This document shows, piece after piece, positions 57,873 through 64,000 of a stretch of DNA of 64,000 nt. The notes beneath the pieces were generated by a model. The model had not been told where the DNA came from and searched no databases. It was given only the letters and a program-made list of their open reading frames with translations. This DNA is from Epithemia pelagica (Eukaryota > Protista > Bacillariophyta), in assembly GCA_946965045.2 (NCBI GenBank), contig OX337231.1, positions 682,001 through 746,000 on the forward strand, given 5' to 3'. Position 1 is the first letter of the stretch, and each line of letters opens with the position of its first letter. Position numbers and translations under genes: made by a program.

Positions 57873-59855
57873 ATGGTGAGACATCGCAAGCCCAAAGTTG
57901 ACAAAAAAGTGCAGATTGCCAAGCACCGAATCCAACACAAGAAGCGTGCTGCTCCGAGACCAGCCGAGCGCCCTGAAGCAGTGATTCCAGCGATTCCAAA
58001 GAAGAAACCCAAGGCTCGCCGTTTTAGAAAGAAATGGGATGATCGAGACAATTACCAACCTGGTCAAGCCGTGGGGTATGCCGAGGAGAAAGAGGAGAAA
58101 AAAATTCACTTTTGCTGTTTTGACTGTAAATGCTCTGAGGAACGCCGAGCCAAGTATTGCAATGGAGTCCCCTTTCAAGCCAGTCAAGATTCTTTTTGGC
58201 ATCGAACGTGCTGCCACAAGATCCGAACAGTCAAATCAAATAGTGTCGCCGAAATTGATTGGGCAATGCAAGAACTTTCGAAGAGGATGAGCAGAGAAAC
58301 TGACGAAACAGTGGCAGTGGTACCCAAAACGAGACTGTTGAATTTGTCCGAAATAGAACCAATATACTGTAATTACAAAACAAGGCAAGAAGCCCAAACA
58401 CAAAATGATAATATGGGAACTCCCAGCCCAGTGGGAGTTCTCCAGACGAACAATGAATATATCCGCATGCAACGTCTGTTCGAAGAGCGACGGGACACCA
58501 AGGCTCAAGAGCGATTAAGGGGCGCAGTTGTTGTGGATGCCTTTGCCGGTATGGGCACTGGTATTGTTGCCTTGAAGCGACTGGGCATTGGCATTCAAGC
58601 TGTGGTTCATGTCGAGAAAGATCGGGTTGCCAGCCACGTGTACAGAAGCAATCACGATCACTTTTACGACCCATCTTTGGAAGACGATGACATTGAGCAT
58701 ATCTGTTACAAAGACTTCGCTGCCTTTTTGAAAAAAGGTTTGTTGGAGATTGTCGACCACTTTGGCCGGATTGACATTGTGATTGCCGGACCACCGTGTT
58801 CTGACTTTAGTGCAGTCAATGGTAATCGTGAAGGTCTGGATGGCAAGCATGGCAAGTTTATGAAATATACAGCCAAACTCATCAAAACACTGAGGGATGT
58901 ACAAACTACAGACTTTTTCTACGTCATTGAAAATGTGCCGTTGCAGAATGATATCAGTGTTCCTCTGGAAATGGGGGACCGCCAACAGGTTTGTGACTTG
59001 TTGAACCATCCATGGGATCCAGTCGAACTTGATGCCCAATACTTTTCACCTTGTAAGCGCAAACGAGTGTTTTATTCCAACATTCCCTTGGCACATCATG
59101 ATTTGGGAGACAGTCTAGCCTCGGCCTTGACTGGATCAGACTGCCTCGAGGATGGATTTGTCCTACCCTGCCACGTGGTGGAGCCCGAGCTGCGGGCCAA
59201 GGCCAACACCTTTATGGCGTCCCTCGGTCGCTTGGATGACAAACTGTCAAACGCTATGGTGGTGGTGAAGAAAGACCAACTTAGACCGGGGAAGTTCATT
59301 CAGCGTACGTTCACCTGTGATGAACGAGCAGATATGATGGGGTTTCCCAAGGGCTACTTGCAGCCAGTGTTTGAGCTGTTCGAGCATATCTCATTTGCAA
59401 TGCAGCAACACGACCAGAGGGTCGGAGATTATTGGCGGGGGAATCGAACCCGCAATGGCCAAGATACTGGAGTTCCGGTCCTTGACCCGAAATACCACCC
59501 TTTTAGTGGTGGCTGCAACGGCGAGTCGAACGGCTTTCGATTTGATTTGGATGAGGAAACTCTCGAGCTCAAGCTCAAAATGGCTCCACCCAAACCATGC
59601 AACAAGAAGAACAAGAAGACAAAGGAAAGACCTTCCCAATATTACACGGCCGAGCAATATGCCAAGCGATTGCTCGGCAATGCTTTTTCAGTTCCCGTCA
59701 TGGAACACCTCCTTAAGCCTCTACAGCCCTTCTTCAAGACCAGGACCTATCCTGGGTACCCTTACCAGTTTGCATGGGCCGGCAAGTTGCAAGAACTCGA
59801 ACGTGAAGAACGTTTGAAAGCGGAACAGGATCGTATGGATTCTGGACGTGCCTAG
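57873..59855 (+). CDS. DNMT3: C5 DNA methyltransferase, DNMT3-like
   Basis: Motif I DAFAGMG, II VEKD, IV AGPPC, VI IENV, VIII DAQYFSPCKRKRVFYSNIP, X KRLLGNAFSVPVMEHLL. Confidence 0.82.
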   Translation: MVRHRKPKVDKKVQIAKHRIQHKKRAAPRPAERPEAVIPAIPKKKPKARRFRKKWDDRDNYQPGQAVGYAEEKEEKKIHFCCFDCKCSEERRAKYCNGVPFQASQDSFWHRTCCHKIRTVKSNSVAEIDWAMQELSKRMSRETDETVAVVPKTRLLNLSEIEPIYCNYKTRQEAQTQNDNMGTPSPVGVLQTNNEYIRMQRLFEERRDTKAQERLRGAVVVDAFAGMGTGIVALKRLGIGIQAVVHVEKDRVASHVYRSNHDHFYDPSLEDDDIEHICYKDFAAFLKKGLLEIVDHFGRIDIVIAGPPCSDFSAVNGNREGLDGKHGKFMKYTAKLIKTLRDVQTTDFFYVIENVPLQNDISVPLEMGDRQQVCDLLNHPWDPVELDAQYFSPCKRKRVFYSNIPLAHHDLGDSLASALTGSDCLEDGFVLPCHVVEPELRAKANTFMASLGRLDDKLSNAMVVVKKDQLRPGKFIQRTFTCDERADMMGFPKGYLQPVFELFEHISFAMQQHDQRVGDYWRGNRTRNGQDTGVPVLDPKYHPFSGGCNGESNGFRFDLDEETLELKLKMAPPKPCNKKNKKTKERPSQYYTAEQYAKRLLGNAFSVPVMEHLLKPLQPFFKTRTYPGYPYQFAWAGKLQELEREERLKAEQDRMDSGRA

Positions 59856-59877
59856 TGTATACATAAAACAACTCAAT

Positions 59878-60835
59878 ACTTCTAGTAGAAACAAAGTACA
59901 TGTTTTTTCTTACTGTTGCATAAATATAGCAAAAGAACGTTCCTCACCCATTCTCTGGCTCGTCCGCAATGGCCCATGCACCCAGACTAACGCATTGCTT
60001 GCTTTGCTAAACAGAGCAATGTCAGCTGGCAAACACGTGGATTGGGGGAGGATGCCAAAAATTCCCGAGCCAAACTCCCCACTCGAAAACAGGCGGTTGG
60101 AATGTTTACACCATGTTGTTGCGTTTGGGTGGTGGCGGTGACCCCCTGAACAATGAGAGCAATGTCATTGCCAATACACTCTCGGACGTGCAGGCCCACT
60201 TGGCGACGACGAGGATGACGAGGTGGATCGGTTCGTGGCCTCTTGTGATTGTGGCCCGTCCATGCCATGTTCTCTGGCTCACCATCCGCCGTTGGTAGTC
60301 GTCGTGCCCGTTGTTTCTCCGAGTCTGTGGCCGCACGAATGTAGGTCTTCCAGGTAATGCGCCGTGCCGCGCAATGACCCACAACATGCTCCATCAATGA
60401 CATTGGAGTGCTGCTGTGTGTGTGGACGTTTGTCTTGTTGTTGCTGTTGCTGTCGTCGTTTTGCTGCTTCATTGTGGACAAGGGAGTCGTCGCGATCGCT
60501 TCTCCCATACAGTGTGCTTGTTCCAGTTGTTGTTACTGCGGTTGCGCCATCAACAAGGACCGTCGTTGTTCCAGGGCTCGTTGATGATGTACATGATACT
60601 TGTGTTGTAAGTGTTGGTAAATTGTGTGTGCCGTAATGAGCTGTCGCAACCGGAGAAAGACACGATCCAGTTGGTGTTCCAAGGCTTGTTGTTGTTCTCG
60701 TGTTGGAGGTGCAGTTTTCCAGTTTGGATGGCGTGGAATCGACAAGGCCTTTTGAAATTCCAGCAACTCGTCGTGACTGGTCGACATATCGGTTTCCGTG
60801 TTGGAGACAAGCTGCTGCTGCTGCTGCTGCTGACG

Positions 60836-60882
<47 letters not shown>

Positions 60883-61372
60883 GGTTTTGATGAGATGCTT
60901 CCATGAGTACCGCTTGTGTGAGTTCACTCACCATACCTGCCATGTTCCAATCGTGCGTTGGAATCGCCAGGGTGACATGGACACTGGGATGGTTGTTGGT
61001 ACAATGTGCGGCATGGAGGGATATACAAGACATCGCCTGGTCGCAACAACACTTGCAGGACGGTACAATCGAGGACTGCCGATGGCACGGGTCGATCCTG
61101 TGCCTTGCCCTCTTGTTGATCGGATAGGGCAAGGGATGATGACTATCGCGTGCCGAAACGGTCCAGTGTTTTTGACCCTGGACTTGCACGACAAATACAT
61201 CTCGATCGTCGGCATGGGCTGGAACCGTTTGTGCATCCGCGGGTGTGATGTAAACATTGGCATAGACATGAGGCAGAACAAGTGGTGGAAATGATTGTGA
61301 GGATGGTTTTTCCAAATCGTAACAAAGGGCCGCAACTGTCCCATGGAAAAATTCGGCATGATTGTGAACCAA
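59878..61372 (-). pseudogene. Degenerate tandem duplicate of the 3' part of the JmjC gene
   Basis: Matches 61372-62820. It lacks the 5' end, has deletions in the JmjC region, a 4-bp insertion near the stop, and an expanded (CAA)n tract at ~60810-60882. Confidence 0.88.
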
Positions 61373-61437
61373 CTTCTAGTAGAAACAAAGTACATGTTTT
61401 TTCTTACTGTTGCATAAATATAGCAAAAGAACGTGTC

Positions 61438-63615
61438 TCACCCATTCTCCGGCTTATCCGCAATGGCCCATGCACCCAGACTAACGCATTGCTTTGCCAG
61501 GCAGAGCAATGTCAGCTGGCACACACGTGGATTGGGGGAGGATGCCAAAAATTCCCGAGCCAAACTCCCCACTCGAAAACAGGCGGTTGGAATGTTTACA
61601 CCATGTTGTTGCGTTTGGGTGGCGGCGGTGACCCCCTGAACAATGAGAGCAACGTCATTGCCAATACACTCTCGGACGTGTAGGCCCACTTGGCGACGAC
61701 GAGGATGACTAGGCGGATCGGTTCGTGGCCTCTTGTGATTGTGGCCCGTCCATGCCATGTTCTCTGGCTCACCATCCGCCGTTGGTAGTCGTCGTGCCCG
61801 TTGTTTCTCCGAGTCTGTGGCCGCACGAATGTAGGTCTTCCAGGTAATGCGCCGTGCCGCGCAATGACCCACAACATGCTCCATCAATGACATTGGAGTG
61901 CTGCTGTGTGTGTGGACGTTTGCCTTGTTGTTGCTGCTGTTGCTGTCGTCGTTTTGCTGCTTCACTGTGGACAAGGGGGTCGTCGCTACTTTTCCCATGC
62001 AGTGTGCTTGTTCCAGTTGTTGTCGTTGCTGCTGTTGCGCCAACAACAAGGGCCGTCGTTGCTCCAGGGCTCGTTGATGGTGTACGTGATACTTGTGTTG
62101 TAAGTGTTGGTAAATGGTGTGTGCCGTAATGAGCTGTCGCAACCGGACAAAGACACGATCCAGTTGGTGTTCCAAGGCTTGCTGTTGTTCTCGTGTTGGA
62201 GGTGCAGTTTTCCAGTTTGGATGGCGTGGAATCGACAAGGATTTTTGAAATTCCAGCAACTCGTCGTGACTGGTCGACATATCGGTTTCCGTGTTGGAGA
62301 CAAGCTGCTGCTGTTGTTGGTTTTGATGAGATGCTTCCATGAGTACCGTTTGTGTGAGTTCACTCACCATACCTGCCATGGTCCAATCGTGCGTTGGAAT
62401 CGCCAGGGTGACATGGACACTGGGATGGTTGTTGGTACAATGTGCGGCATGGACATATCCCCGGGGGATATACAAGACATCGCCCGGTCGCAACACCACT
62501 TGCAGGACGGTACAATCGAGGACTGCCGGCGGCACGGGTCGATCCGGTGCCTTGCCCACTTGTTGATGCGGATAGGGCAAGGGATGATGACCATCCCGTG
62601 CCGAAACGGTCCAGTGTTTTTGACCCTGGACTTGCACGACAAACACATCTCGATCGTCGGCATGGGCTGGAACCGTTTGTGCATCGGGGGGTGTGATGTA
62701 CACATTGGCATAGACATGAGGCAGAACAAGTGGTGTGAATGATTGTGAGGACGGCTGCTCCAATTCGTGACAAAGGGCTGCAACTGTCCCATGGAGTAAC
62801 TCGGCATGATTGTGAACCAAGGAACAACCATCCAAATAGGCCGCAAAGAGAGAATTGCCATAACGCTCCAACCGCTCCTCCATGGACAAGGACTGCTGGT
62901 TTTGTAAAAACAAGGTTGGTTCAAAATATGACGACGAGGAGGGGGTCGAAGTTGTGGGGGAAGGAGTAGTAGTCATGGGAGGTGATGATGGTTCTTGTTG
63001 TTTTCCATCAGTTTGGTTGTCGTTGTTCGAATCATCCTTGGCCATTCGAGAATTGGATTGGGTCCAAGCATCTTCTCGTTTCATGGATTCGTGCAACAGT
63101 TCAGACACAAACGACCACCCCTGATGCACCAACTGTTCCAATGGATTGCAGTGAGAATGAGTAGGAAAATCATCTTGTTCAGTGCTGCTGCTCGTGTCGT
63201 TGTTGGTTTCATCCTGAGGAGTCTCCCTTGGTGAGAATAATGGTACGACAACAACTTGTGGAAACAAGAGGGGCTTGGTCTGCCAATAGGATTCCACAAA
63301 TTCAGTACACGTCATGTTGCGAGATTCTAGAATGGACTGCAAGACAGAGGAGAAGGATCCATTGGTCTTCGTGGCCGGTTGTGGTGCTGGTGCCTTGAGA
63401 TTGAGAATTGAAGGGTGTTGTGGGTGTGCGGAGTCGTCGTCGTCAGTGTGGTGTGATTTCGGGTCTGAAGCTGCGGTGTTGTCGTCGTCATCGTTTGCTA
63501 GAGATTGGACTTTGTCCTCCTTTTCATTGTCGTCGTGATGCAGCGCCCTCTTCTTCTTGGAACGCGATGGGTATAATGAGGACGGCTCGTGCTTGGTTGC
63601 CTCATGCTCGCGCAT
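61438..63615 (-). CDS. JmjC/Cupin_4 (RIOX1/NO66-MINA-like) 2-oxoglutarate oxygenase
   Basis: ANVYITPP...PAHADDRDVFVVQVQGQKHW (HxD) and LRPGDVLYIPRGYVHAA (distal His). First ATG at 63615. Confidence 0.88.
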   Translation of the reverse strand: MREHEATKHEPSSLYPSRSKKKRALHHDDNEKEDKVQSLANDDDDNTAASDPKSHHTDDDDSAHPQHPSILNLKAPAPQPATKTNGSFSSVLQSILESRNMTCTEFVESYWQTKPLLFPQVVVVPLFSPRETPQDETNNDTSSSTEQDDFPTHSHCNPLEQLVHQGWSFVSELLHESMKREDAWTQSNSRMAKDDSNNDNQTDGKQQEPSSPPMTTTPSPTTSTPSSSSYFEPTLFLQNQQSLSMEERLERYGNSLFAAYLDGCSLVHNHAELLHGTVAALCHELEQPSSQSFTPLVLPHVYANVYITPPDAQTVPAHADDRDVFVVQVQGQKHWTVSARDGHHPLPYPHQQVGKAPDRPVPPAVLDCTVLQVVLRPGDVLYIPRGYVHAAHCTNNHPSVHVTLAIPTHDWTMAGMVSELTQTVLMEASHQNQQQQQLVSNTETDMSTSHDELLEFQKSLSIPRHPNWKTAPPTREQQQALEHQLDRVFVRLRQLITAHTIYQHLQHKYHVHHQRALEQRRPLLLAQQQQRQQLEQAHCMGKVATTPLSTVKQQNDDSNSSNNKANVHTHSSTPMSLMEHVVGHCAARRITWKTYIRAATDSEKQRARRLPTADGEPENMAWTGHNHKRPRTDPPSHPRRRQVGLHVRECIGNDVALIVQGVTAATQTQQHGVNIPTACFRVGSLAREFLASSPNPRVCQLTLLCLAKQCVSLGAWAIADKPENG

Positions 63616-64000
63616 TTCGTCGCGCAACTTGCCGCAAAATCACTCTAGTAGAAACTTGGTCGAGCAACGCTCGTTGCATCGTTTGCCCTTGTGCCTATAT
63701 CGTCGGTTGCCCCTTTATCCCTTGGTTACGGCCATTCATTGCCATGATTTCGGCCATGGAGATCCTTTTTTTACTCATCCATCATCTGCCGCCTTTGAGT
63801 CGCTCCTGTACCCCGCACCTCCCGCCAAGAGGCCCGGCTCGCGTCCTTTTCAAGACGGCCCATCCACACAACGGACCAAACGGCAAGCAAGCAAGGCATT
63901 GTAAGGAACGAAAGAACCTCAGCAGAATTGTGGATCGAGAAATTGGGCAAGTGCAACCACCCGTAAAAAACATCCCTCTGTCTGTTGCAAGCCGACGAAG

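Noticed and set aside
59987-63904. Many short ORFs overlapping the JmjC copies
   Set aside because: They are antisense or alternate-frame shadows, or pseudogene fragments, with no independent motifs.
1-64000. tRNA, rRNA, telomeric arrays, or TnpB/Fanzor genes
   Set aside because: No cloverleaf or T-loop, rRNA-like stretch, telomere repeat array, or RuvC plus zinc-finger ORF was recognised by eye. tRNAscan-SE, Infernal and profile searches would be needed to exclude them fully.

Overview
Eukaryotic nuclear DNA with short GT-AG introns. It is most likely from a diatom or other stramenopile, inferred from the CoDi-type Copia elements and the gene content. Ordinary genes lie at both ends: a kinase 3' end, a beta-propeller membrane protein, a dienelactone hydrolase, an EF-hand protein, two flavin amine oxidases, an ARM-repeat protein, a proteasome beta-type-2-like subunit, a DNMT3-like methyltransferase and a JmjC oxygenase. 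Between them is a transposon-dense core. (1) A very young Copia at 8288-14962 has identical 163-bp LTRs. Its gag and pol are in frame across one TGA-CGG stop that is followed by a long stem-loop, suggesting programmed readthrough. (2) A Gypsy at 26154-43291 (204-bp LTRs, ATACT TSD) carries two tandem PIF/Harbinger-like elements that share CTG target duplications. One of them has four genes and ~510-bp TIRs, and a second Copia is inserted inside it. (3) A segmental duplication of an ARM 3' end plus a Crinkler/RHS-like NTPase-nuclease gene has a breakpoint inside the Gypsy LTR. It carries a rearranged third Copia with hairpin-type (P-nucleotide-like) junctions and a 770-bp MITE. A 200-N gap lies at 29022-29221. 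No rRNA, tRNA or CRISPR array could be supported.
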